A DNA stretch of 32,000 nucleotides, taken from positions 180,001-212,000 of the forward strand of contig NC_006512.1 of NCBI RefSeq assembly GCF_000008465.1, read 5' to 3'. Positions 25,090-32,000 of this stretch are shown here, one piece after another. This DNA comes from Idiomarina loihiensis L2TR. Lineage in GTDB: Bacteria > Pseudomonadota > Gammaproteobacteria > Enterobacterales > Alteromonadaceae. Position 1 is the first letter of the stretch. Every line of letters starts with the position of its first letter. The notes under the pieces are model-generated. The model worked only from the letters and a program-made list of their open reading frames with translations, made no database searches and had not been told where the DNA came from. Both the position numbers and the translations under genes were made by a program.

Positions 25090-26523
25090 ATGAAAAGATT
25101 GCTGTTTACCGTCATTTCGCTGCTGTTTTCGGTATCAGTACTGGCTGCAGAATCCTCTGCTGACCGTATCGATCTCACCTCATCGACCGTTGGTTACGCC
25201 GCCATCGTCATTTTTATTCTTGCGTATATTTTGGTGATGGGTGAAGAGAAACTGCACATGAGAAAATCCAAGCCTGTGCTGGTTGCGGCAGGGGTTATCT
25301 GGATCCTCATAGGGTTTGTTTATACTGGCGACAATGCCGTTCTGGCGGAAGAGGCGTTCCGGGAAAACTTATTAAAGTTCGCAGAGCTGATGTTGTTTTT
25401 GCTGGTGGCAATGACCTACATCAATGCTCTTGAAGAGCGACGCTTGTTCGATGCGCTCAGCGCCTGGTTGATGAAAAAGGGCTTTACCTATAGAAAGCTC
25501 TTCTGGATAACCGGTTTTTTAGCGTTTTTCATTTCGCCTATTGCGGACAACCTGACTACCGCTCTGTTAATGTCGGCTGTGGTCATGAAAGTTGCCGAGG
25601 GCAATAAAAAGTTCGTCGCGCTTTGCTGTTCCAGTATTGTTATAGCGGTTAATGCCGCCGGTGCCTTCAGCCCGTTTGGGGACATAACCACGCTTATGGT
25701 GTGGCAGTCCGGCAAGGTAGAGTTTACCGAGTTCTTACAGCTGTTTGTGCCCGCGTTAGTGAACTACTTAATACCCGCAGTTATCATGAGCTTCTTTATT
25801 GAGAACAAAAGTCCGACAACATTGCATACCGAAGTCGAGCTTAAGCGCGGAGCCCTGCGCATTACGTTCTTATTCTTATTAACAGTCGCAACCGCCGTTG
25901 CATGCCACATTTGGCTGCATTTACCGCCGGTGCTCGGCATGATGATGGGGCTGGGCTACTTACAGTTCTTTGGTTACTTCCTGCGTATGACCCTGCCGGG
26001 ATCACTGGCGCGCAAGCGAGCAATGGCAGCACGCGAGGGCGACCAAAAACGCCTGCAACAACTTGGTGGTGTCGTGCCATTCGACGTATTCAGCCGGGTT
26101 TCCCGTGCCGAATGGGACACCTTGCTGTTTTTCTACGGCATTGTGCTGTGCGTTGGCGGTTTAGGCTTTATGGGTTACTTAGGTTTACTGTCCGAGTCTC
26201 TTTACGGTGGTTTAGACCCAACCATAGCAAACAGTATTCTCGGCGTGGTCTCCGCTCTTGTGGATAACATCCCGGTGATGTTTGCAGTACTGTCCATGGA
26301 CCCTGAAATGTCCACCGGACACTGGCTGCTAATAACCCTGGCCTGTTGTACCGGCGGCAGCCTGCTCTCTATCGGTTCCGCATCAGGCGTTGCCTTAATG
26401 GGACAAGCCAGAGGTTACTACACCTTTATGTCGCACCTGAAATGGACACCGGTAATAGCAATAGGCTACGCAGCCAGCATCCTGCTACACCTATGGCTAA
26501 ACCAAGCCACCTTCCTCAGCTAG
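25090..26523 (+). CDS. nhaD: Na+/H+ antiporter, NhaD family
   Basis: 477 aa with a signal-like N-terminus followed by multiple TM segments. The blocks LHMRKSKPVLVAAG, FFISPIADNLTTALLM, AGAFSPFGDITTLMVW and SALVDNIPVMFAVL recall Vibrio NhaD (also about 477 aa). Confidence 0.75.
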   Translation: MKRLLFTVISLLFSVSVLAAESSADRIDLTSSTVGYAAIVIFILAYILVMGEEKLHMRKSKPVLVAAGVIWILIGFVYTGDNAVLAEEAFRENLLKFAELMLFLLVAMTYINALEERRLFDALSAWLMKKGFTYRKLFWITGFLAFFISPIADNLTTALLMSAVVMKVAEGNKKFVALCCSSIVIAVNAAGAFSPFGDITTLMVWQSGKVEFTEFLQLFVPALVNYLIPAVIMSFFIENKSPTTLHTEVELKRGALRITFLFLLTVATAVACHIWLHLPPVLGMMMGLGYLQFFGYFLRMTLPGSLARKRAMAAREGDQKRLQQLGGVVPFDVFSRVSRAEWDTLLFFYGIVLCVGGLGFMGYLGLLSESLYGGLDPTIANSILGVVSALVDNIPVMFAVLSMDPEMSTGHWLLITLACCTGGSLLSIGSASGVALMGQARGYYTFMSHLKWTPVIAIGYAASILLHLWLNQATFLS

Positions 26524-26524
26524 C

Positions 26525-26669
26525 GGGGAAGGGGAAAGGACTCTCTTGCGATTAAGGTTCCCGGCTCAGAGAGACGCCTGCAAGTACGTCCCTGTAAGGC
26601 TTGGGTGGCGCCATCCTTGGCGCCACACACTCTCTGAGCGCAACAGCCCTTTCCCTCAACACCTTCCCC
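26525..26669 (+). repeat. Structured palindromic element, copy A (sense on + strand, directly after the nhaD stop)
   Basis: - Outer stem: GGGGAAGGGGAAAGG (26525-26539) pairs with CCTTTCCC..CCTTCCCC (26648-26669).
- Inner stem: CTCAGAGAG (26565-26573) / CTCTCTGAG (26630-26638).
- Core: ACGCC..TCCCTG..GGCTTGGG plus the hairpin TGGCGCCA-TCCT-TGGCGCCA (26606-26625). Confidence 0.7.
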
Positions 26670-26772
26670 TGTTGCTCTACCTCTATCTAGTTGGATGCTT
26701 CGTCGCACTCGCTTTTCGGAAGCTACCGTTGATCTGACTATTAAGGTTTGCTTTCCAAAGTCAGCTGATAGA

Positions 26773-26910
26773 GGTAACCCGGTCGCAATATGCGCCGGAG
26801 AGCTGGTAAGAAAGTGTGTGGCGCCAAGGATGGCGCCACCCAAGCCCCCAGGGATGGGTTTACGGCGTCTTTCTTACCAGCTCTCCAAGCGTAACCGAGG
26901 CCGGGTTACC
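26773..26910 (-). repeat. Structured palindromic element, copy B (sense on - strand, 10 nt after the hemN stop)
   Basis: - Outer stem: GGTAACCCGG (26773-26782) / CCGGGTTACC (26901-26910).
- Inner stem: 18 bp perfect, GGAGAGCTGGTAAGAAAG (26797-26814) / CTTTCTTACCAGCTCTCC (26869-26886).
- Core: 26813-26846 is the exact reverse complement of 26598-26631 in copy A (34/34). Confidence 0.7.
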
Positions 26911-26920
26911 GCCCCAGCCG

Positions 26921-28282
26921 CTAAACGACTTTGGAGTAGCGGTTCTGGCCGTGATCGAGGTATTCGTCGAAACAGGCGCAGATGCTGCGAACCCAGAGGC
27001 GACCTAAGTCAGTGACGCGGAGCTTTTTGTCGGAGACGTCGACTAGACCGTCTTCAATGAATGGTTTTAGTAGCGGTATGGCTTCGGCGAAATGAGCCCA
27101 AAAATCGTCGAGATCCCACTCTGCTTTAAAAGCTTCTATATCAAGCTCGAAATGGCAAATAACCTGAGAAATTAATGCGGCACGCAGCTTATCTTCGTCG
27201 TTTAACGCCATGCTTTTTATAATGGGTTTTTGTCCGTTATCTATCATTTTGTAGTAGGCAGGAAGCTCTTTTTCGTGTTGCCACAGTACACCGTTTACCT
27301 GGCTAATGGATGAAACACCTAAGCCCAGCAGTGCGTCCTGACCGTCGGTGGTGTAGCCCTGGAAGTTACGCTGCAGGCGGCCTTCGCGCTGAGCTATGGC
27401 AAGGCCATCGTCTTTTTTTGCAAAATGGTCCATGCCGATAAATTGGTAACCGGCGTCGTTCAGTTGTGTAATGGCTTGTTCCAGCAAACTCAGCTTAACC
27501 GACGGCTGCGGAATGGACTCTTCCGGTATTTTCTTCTGACCAGCGAAACGCTGGGGTAAATGGGCATAGCTAAATACCGAGATGCGGTCAGGATCCATTT
27601 CAATGACTTGCTCAATAGACTTTTTAAAGGTTTCCGGGCGCTGGTAAGGCAGGCCGTAAATAAGGTCTAAGTTAATTGACTCAAAGCCTAGCTCTTTACT
27701 GAGCTTTAGCTGATGCGCAATAAGCTCAATGTCCTGTACGCGATTGATAGCAATTTGCACTTTCTTGTCGAAGTCCTGCACCCCATAGCTGACACGGTTA
27801 AACCCCAGTTTACGTAAATGGCGAAGTTTTTCGTCGCTGCAGCTGCGTGGGTCAATCTCTATGCTGACTTCAGGGTTTTCCGCGAAGGTAAAATGCTGAT
27901 GAACCAGTTCCATTAGGCGGGTCAGTTGCTGCTCAGTCAAAAAGGTTGGGGTGCCACCGCCTAAATGAATCTGACGGATCTTCTTGTCTCTTACCATAGG
28001 CTGGTACATCGCCATTTCGCCGGCGAGGTAATCCAGATACTTATCCGCTTTATGCTGGTGGCGGGTAATTACTTTATTGCAACCACAGTAATAACAAAGC
28101 TTGTGGCAGAAAGGTAAGTGCAAATACAGACACAGTCCGTCATTTGCATTTTTCAGCGCGGTTTCTATGCGGCTTTCTGAAAATTGTTCGGAAAGCATTA
28201 ACGCTGTGGGATAAGACGTATAACGAGGTCCATTAATGTTGTATTTTTCTATTAACTCTTTATCCCAGGTAACTGTACTCAT
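26921..28282 (-). CDS. hemN: Oxygen-independent coproporphyrinogen III oxidase (radical SAM)
   Basis: I trimmed to ATG 28280-28282. MSTVTWDKELIEKYNINGPRYTSYPTA and the radical-SAM motif HLPFCHKLCYYCGCN match E. coli HemN (..LIQKYNYSGPRYTSYPTA.. / CxxxCxxC). Confidence 0.9.
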   Translation of the reverse strand: MSTVTWDKELIEKYNINGPRYTSYPTALMLSEQFSESRIETALKNANDGLCLYLHLPFCHKLCYYCGCNKVITRHQHKADKYLDYLAGEMAMYQPMVRDKKIRQIHLGGGTPTFLTEQQLTRLMELVHQHFTFAENPEVSIEIDPRSCSDEKLRHLRKLGFNRVSYGVQDFDKKVQIAINRVQDIELIAHQLKLSKELGFESINLDLIYGLPYQRPETFKKSIEQVIEMDPDRISVFSYAHLPQRFAGQKKIPEESIPQPSVKLSLLEQAITQLNDAGYQFIGMDHFAKKDDGLAIAQREGRLQRNFQGYTTDGQDALLGLGVSSISQVNGVLWQHEKELPAYYKMIDNGQKPIIKSMALNDEDKLRAALISQVICHFELDIEAFKAEWDLDDFWAHFAEAIPLLKPFIEDGLVDVSDKKLRVTDLGRLWVRSICACFDEYLDHGQNRYSKVV

Positions 28283-28291
28283 AACCACCTC

Positions 28292-28305
28292 TTGACCCCA
28301 GTCAA
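28292..28305. promoter_or_regulatory. FNR-like perfect palindrome TTGACCCCAGTCAA in the 34 nt ubiT-hemN spacer
   Basis: 8/10 match to the FNR consensus and fully symmetric. The centre is only 16.5 nt upstream of the hemN ATG, so it cannot be a class II activator site for hemN. It could instead be a small RNA hairpin. Confidence 0.3.
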
Positions 28306-28316
28306 AAACTATTTAA

Positions 28317-28814
28317 TTAACTTGTCTGTATTGTTTCACCTTTTTCTTTATAAATAAAATCACTAAACCGGTCTCCTATTAAATATAAGGTCCTTGGTAG
28401 CTTTTGATTTACCTCAATGGTGTCTAAGAAGTTTTTTAAATGTAACCCTAATTCGGTATTGCCTTTTACCATTAGTTTTCGATTAAAGAATAAAGTGTCG
28501 GGGTCAACCTTTCCGTAAATCAGTAAAAGCAGTGCGTCACCGTCTGCTGAGAGCTTTACGTCGGGTTCAACTGGGCTCTTAAGGGATTTTAGTTGGTTTA
28601 CTTTTAACGTCAAAAATAGAGATAAATCAATGTCTTTAACCTTTATCTCTATTATGTTTCCAGAAATAAAATTAAGCTCTCCTGAAGAAATTTCTTCCTT
28701 GAATAAAAGGTTTAATAACTTTTCAGACCCGAAGTTAATAAATTTCGATGGAATTAATTTGTTTATTGGTCGAATTATATTAGGTATATAAGATACCCAG
28801 TTGGTGGTATTCAT
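28317..28814 (-). CDS. ubiT: SCP2-domain ubiquinone-biosynthesis accessory protein UbiT (YhbT)
   Basis: 165 aa. GELNFISGNIIEIKVKDIDLSLF and DPDTLFFNRKLMVKGNTELGLHLKNFLDTIE match E. coli YhbT (GELEFLEGRWLSIHVRDIDL.., DPDTLFFQRRLVIEGDTELGLYVKNLMDAIE). It is divergent from ubiUV, as in E. coli. Confidence 0.8.
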   Translation of the reverse strand: MNTTNWVSYIPNIIRPINKLIPSKFINFGSEKLLNLLFKEEISSGELNFISGNIIEIKVKDIDLSLFLTLKVNQLKSLKSPVEPDVKLSADGDALLLLIYGKVDPDTLFFNRKLMVKGNTELGLHLKNFLDTIEVNQKLPRTLYLIGDRFSDFIYKEKGETIQTS

Positions 28815-28907
28815 ATTTTGCTCCGTTTACAACAACAAAATAAAAGTTGTGAGCACTATAATGAATTAATAATTAGGGTGCTACAAAATATTAAATAGAG
28901 GTTTTAA

Positions 28908-29900
28908 ATGGAACTGCTTTGTCCGGCCGGAAGTATCCCTGCATTAAAAGCGGCTATAGAAAATGGTGCCGATGCGGTCTATGTGGGGTTAAAGGATGAA
29001 ACCAATGCGCGTCATTTCGCTGGTCTGAATTTAAATCAGATGAAGCTAGCAGAAGCAGCGGACTATGTGCACAAGCATGGTCGTAAACTGCACGTTGCCA
29101 TTAATACCTTTGCGCATGCCGACTGTTGGGAGAAATGGCGTCGGGCAGTTGATGATGCTGTTCTGGCCGGCGCTGATGTATTGATTATTGCAGACCTCGC
29201 GGTTCTGGCTTACGCCGCTGAAAGGTACCCCAAAGTTGAAAGGCACTTGTCGGTGCAGGCATCTGCAACCAACGCCGGAGCCATCCGTTTTTATCAGCAG
29301 TTTGGCGTGTCGCGGGTGGTCTTGCCGCGTGTGTTGTCTATGCAGCAAGTCAGAGCCCTGGCGCGCACTACTGACGTCGAGCTGGAAGTCTTTGCTTTTG
29401 GTAGCCTCTGCATTATGGCGGAGGGGCGTTGTTATCTTAGCTCCTATTTAACCGGCGAGTCTCCTAATACCGCTGGAGCCTGCTCACCTGCGGCTTTTGT
29501 GGAGTGGGACGAACAGGACAATAAACTGGAGTCACGGCTTAACGGCGTGCTTATCGATCGTTTTGATGAAAACGAAAAAGCGGGTTATCCCACTTTATGC
29601 AAAGGGCGTTTTTCGGTTGACGACGAAATTTACAATGTACTGGAAGAACCGACCAGCCTGAATACCTTAAGTTTGTTGCCGCAACTTTATAAAGAAGGCA
29701 TTGCCTCGTTAAAAATTGAAGGGCGGCAGCGCAGCCCGGCTTATGTGTCGCAAATTACCAGAGTCTGGCGTCAGGCTATCGATGCCGTTATGACCGACCC
29801 GGACGCCTTTGAAGTTGAAGATAACTGGAATTCGGTTCTGGCCTCACTTTCTGAAGGCAGTCAAACGACGCTGGGCGCGTACCACCGGAAATGGAAGTAA
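28908..29900 (+). CDS. ubiU: U32-family O2-independent ubiquinone hydroxylase subunit UbiU (YhbU)
   Basis: 330 aa that aligns closely with E. coli YhbU throughout: MELLCPAGSIPALKAAIENGADAVY, FAFGSLCIMAEGRCYLSSYLTGESPNT, KIEGRQRSPAYVSQ, TTLGAYHRKW. Confidence 0.9.
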   Translation: MELLCPAGSIPALKAAIENGADAVYVGLKDETNARHFAGLNLNQMKLAEAADYVHKHGRKLHVAINTFAHADCWEKWRRAVDDAVLAGADVLIIADLAVLAYAAERYPKVERHLSVQASATNAGAIRFYQQFGVSRVVLPRVLSMQQVRALARTTDVELEVFAFGSLCIMAEGRCYLSSYLTGESPNTAGACSPAAFVEWDEQDNKLESRLNGVLIDRFDENEKAGYPTLCKGRFSVDDEIYNVLEEPTSLNTLSLLPQLYKEGIASLKIEGRQRSPAYVSQITRVWRQAIDAVMTDPDAFEVEDNWNSVLASLSEGSQTTLGAYHRKWK

Positions 29901-29905
29901 CCAAT

Positions 29906-30778
29906 ATGAAGTTTTCATTAGGACCTATTCTGTATTTTTGGCCGAAACAGCAGGTTTTTGATTTTTATCAGCAAGCTGCCGAGTCGGATGTTGAACACGT
30001 GTATCTGGGCGAAACCGTTTGCAGTAAGCGTCGTGAGTTAAAGCTGGATGACTATCTGGCGATAGCGCATATGCTAAGAGAAGCCGGGAAAAAAGTAACG
30101 CTCTCGACAATGACCTTGTTGGAAGCGCCTGCGGAGCTCCGGGAGCTGGGTAAATATTGCGATAATGGCGAGTTTGATGTTGAAGCCAATGATGTCAGTG
30201 CTATTGGGGTGCTGCAGGAGCAGGGGTTGAACTTTACCGCAGGGCCGGGCATTAATATTTATAATCACCAGAGTCTGCGCCGTTTAATTGATATGGGTAT
30301 GACACGTTGGGTGGTTCCATTTGAACTTTCCCGCGACTGGCTGCAGGACGTCTTACAGCACAACCTTATCGACACCGTGAGGGACTGCTTTGACGTGGAA
30401 GTTTTTTCCTTTGGTCATATACCCTTGGCCTGGTCTGGTCGCTGCTTTACTGCCCGCTCGGAGAACCGCCCGAAAGATCAGTGCGAGCTGTGTTGCATAA
30501 AATACCCGGAAGGCCGGGAAGTGAAAAGCCAGGAAGGTCAGCAGGTGTTTGTACTTAATGGTATTCAGACGCAATCGGGTACACGCTATAACCTGATAAA
30601 CCAGCTACCGGGTATGAATGGCCTGGTCGATATTGTGCGTATCAGTCCGCAACCCGAGGGAACTTTCGACTGGCTACAACGCTTCCGCAGCAATATCAAT
30701 GGGGAACACCCCGTGACCCTGACGAGCAAAGAGAACAATGGCTATTGGTTGCAACTGGCGGGGTTAGCGACAGGCTAG
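29906..30778 (+). CDS. ubiV: U32-family O2-independent ubiquinone hydroxylase subunit UbiV (YhbV)
   Basis: I trimmed to ATG 29906. MKFSLGPILYFWPKQQVFDFYQQAA..YLGETVCSKRR matches E. coli YhbV (MKYSLGPVLWYWPKETLEEFYQQAA..YLGEAVCSKRR). It lies 5 nt after the ubiU stop. Confidence 0.88.
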   Translation: MKFSLGPILYFWPKQQVFDFYQQAAESDVEHVYLGETVCSKRRELKLDDYLAIAHMLREAGKKVTLSTMTLLEAPAELRELGKYCDNGEFDVEANDVSAIGVLQEQGLNFTAGPGINIYNHQSLRRLIDMGMTRWVVPFELSRDWLQDVLQHNLIDTVRDCFDVEVFSFGHIPLAWSGRCFTARSENRPKDQCELCCIKYPEGREVKSQEGQQVFVLNGIQTQSGTRYNLINQLPGMNGLVDIVRISPQPEGTFDWLQRFRSNINGEHPVTLTSKENNGYWLQLAGLATG

Positions 30779-30819
30779 AATCTCTAAATAGGTATTAACT
30801 GACTTTTAGTGGTAGAGCG

Positions 30820-30833
30820 TCGATCTTCGTCAA
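30820..30833. promoter_or_regulatory. FNR/Dnr-like box TCGATCTTCGTCAA upstream of nnrS
   Basis: 8/10 match to TTGAT-N4-ATCAA (GTCAA half-sites are common in Dnr/FNR-type boxes). The centre is 57.5 nt upstream of the nnrS ATG. Confidence 0.3.
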
Positions 30834-30866
30834 AATAAAAGGTATATTAAAAATGTACCTTTTATT
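30834..30866. repeat. 11 bp perfect inverted repeat AATAAAAGGTA-N11-TACCTTTTATT between ubiV and nnrS
   Basis: Read directly from the sequence. It abuts the FNR-like box and covers the expected core-promoter region of nnrS. It could be an operator or an AT-rich ubiV terminator. Confidence 0.5.
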
Positions 30867-30883
30867 AATAAGCGGTGACAGTG

Positions 30884-32000
30884 ATGCAAATCACAGACAG
30901 ACAAAAAGAAGAGCAGTTAACTCCTATTCTGCGGCAGGCATTTCGCCCACTGTTCCTTTTGGGGGCAGGGTTCAGTGCCGTAGCGATGCTGCTGTGGGGG
31001 TTAGCACTTGGTGGAAAGCTCAGTTTGCCTGTATACGGCAACATTATGTTCTGGCACAGCCATGAAATGCTATTTGGCTTTGTTGTTGCCATAGTTCTGG
31101 GTTTTTTATTAACGGCGGTGCAGAACTGGACCGGACTTAGGGCTCCGCATGGCAATACTCTGCTTATTCTGACCGTTTTATGGGCTGCCGCCAGGCTAAT
31201 GTTGCTGTTGGGCGGTGACTTGCCGTGGTGGTTGGTTGCAGCCGTGGATGTCAGTCTCTTACCTGTTGCCGCGTTTCTGTTCGGGCGTATGGTGTTAAAA
31301 GTCAATCAGACCCGGAATTTATTCTTTGTGCCCATTTTGCTGTTGCTGACGGTCTGCAACCTGCTTATGCACTACGGCTTACACTTTGGTCACTATCATA
31401 TTCAGGTGCTTGGCGCTTACAACGCAGTATTTCTGGTGACCTTGTTAATGGCCATTATTGGCGGACGAGTGCTGCCAATGTTTACTGCCAACGGGACTCA
31501 AACACCTAAAGTAACGCCAATAGTCTGGCTTGATCGCATAGCTTTAGGCAGCTTGTGGCTTATCTTCGCTGTGCACTTTCTGAATCTGCACACGCTGTTA
31601 CCTAACCAGATGATGGTCGTTTTATTTGGTGTTTCAGCGGCGGCAACCGGGATAAGAGTTGCGCGCTGGAAAATCTGGATAACCTGGAGAGTACCGCTGC
31701 TTTGGTCACTGCATTTAGCTTATTGGTTTATCCCCATTGGTCTGGCGTTATTTGCATTGCGTTATGCGGGTTTCGACCTGACGCAGAGTCTGGCGCTGCA
31801 CGCCTTAACCGCAGGAGCTATGGGAAATATGATCCTAAGTATGATAGCGCGCGTTTCGTTGGGTCATAGTGGGCGTCCGTTGCAACCAAAACTGATAATG
31901 ACCGGCGCATTTTTACTGGTGTTAATAGCCGCTTTAACCCGGGTCTTCTTAATCTGGCTGGCTCCCGATTTAGCCAGCCACTGGTTAATGTGTAGTGCTT
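30884..32000 (+). CDS. nnrS: NnrS-family heme/copper membrane protein (NO-stress associated). Partial, continuing past the window end.
   Basis: This ORF is not in the ORF track because it has no stop in the window. My translation from ATG 30884 is MQITDRQKEEQLTPILRQAFRPLFLLGAGFSAVAMLLWGLAL...MFWHSHEMLFGFVVAIVLGFLLTAVQNWTG.... The frame stays open for 372 codons to the window end. WHxHEMxFG and TAxxNWTG are NnrS hallmarks. Confidence 0.8.
   Translation, partial: MQITDRQKEEQLTPILRQAFRPLFLLGAGFSAVAMLLWGLALGGKLSLPVYGNIMFWHSHEMLFGFVVAIVLGFLLTAVQNWTGLRAPHGNTLLILTVLWAAARLMLLLGGDLPWWLVAAVDVSLLPVAAFLFGRMVLKVNQTRNLFFVPILLLLTVCNLLMHYGLHFGHYHIQVLGAYNAVFLVTLLMAIIGGRVLPMFTANGTQTPKVTPIVWLDRIALGSLWLIFAVHFLNLHTLLPNQMMVVLFGVSAAATGIRVARWKIWITWRVPLLWSLHLAYWFIPIGLALFALRYAGFDLTQSLALHALTAGAMGNMILSMIARVSLGHSGRPLQPKLIMTGAFLLVLIAALTRVFLIWLAPDLASHWLMCSA

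Noticed and set aside
26525-26910. The repeat pair might be a CRISPR array or integron attC sites.
   Set aside because: There are only two copies, and they are in inverted rather than direct orientation. There are no spacers of uniform length. I saw no RYYYAAC/GTTRRRY attC core sites, no cassette ORF between the copies, and no cas or intI genes in the window.
26346-27015. Several 63-107 aa ORFs in the track (26346-26555, 26520-26843, 26546-26737, 26695-27015, 26816-27007) cover the nhaD/hemN spacer.
   Set aside because: They lie on both strands across GC-rich palindromic repeats and overlap each other and the hemN 3' end. They have no RBS, and their Arg/Pro/Gly-rich composition is typical of translated repeats. 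Structured repeats explain the region better.
28815-28907. I looked for an FNR box or a clear sigma70 promoter in the ubiT/ubiU divergent spacer.
   Set aside because: Only a TATAAT hexamer is visible (28857-28862). The nearest -35-like TTTACA is 25 bp away, and no TTGAT-N4-ATCAA-like sequence better than half a site is present. I make no call.
30865-31305. A 146 aa minus-strand ORF, plus plus-strand ORFs 30853-31065 and 31225-31509.
   Set aside because: They overlap or lie antisense to the long open NnrS reading frame (30884 to the window end), which has clear family motifs. The 146 aa product is a low-complexity translation with no recognisable features.

Overview
This 32 kb chromosomal window is about 45-47% GC by eye. 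Protein similarities suggest a marine gammaproteobacterium, possibly Alteromonadales-like, but that is inference only. I support 27 CDS: 25 complete and 2 running off the window ends. I saw no tRNA, rRNA, CRISPR array, transposase or integrase.

The left part (1-6.2 kb) holds:
- a TonB-dependent receptor fragment
- a DUF2892/ArsR pair
- an MMPL(RND)/LolA-like/outer-membrane barrel operon
- deoD

From about 6.1 kb onward the window is dominated by functions for life without O2 and for nitrogen-oxide stress:
- an MCP with a C-terminal hemerythrin domain
- an FNR-type regulator
- TrhP, translationally coupled to a YfhL ferredoxin
- NarL and NarX, separated by an opposite-strand degenerate NarK-like MFS gene
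- quinol-type NO reductase (qNor)
- class III ribonucleotide reductase in nrdG-nrdD order
- HemN
- UbiT/UbiU/UbiV (O2-independent ubiquinone synthesis)
- NnrS

Candidate regulatory sites, all read by eye:
- FNR boxes upstream of the MCP, trhP and nrdG. The MCP box is a perfect TTGAT-N4-ATCAA.
- Tandem NrdR boxes at nrdG.
- A sigma54 -24/-12 element plus four phased GGT-N7-AC boxes upstream of norB.
- NarL 7-2-7 heptamer pairs.

The least explained items are:
1. Two inverted copies of a ~140 bp structured palindromic element filling the nhaD/hemN convergent spacer. They share a 34 bp perfect core and have base-pair-preserving changes in the flanking stem.
2. The split narX/narL locus with its degenerate NarK-like gene.
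3. A gcdH / fused E1 alpha-beta / FabD-like acyltransferase module directly downstream of fnr.
4. A 91 aa Cys-motif ORF between norB and narX.

Everything rests on reading the sequence and recalling protein families. No database search was possible.
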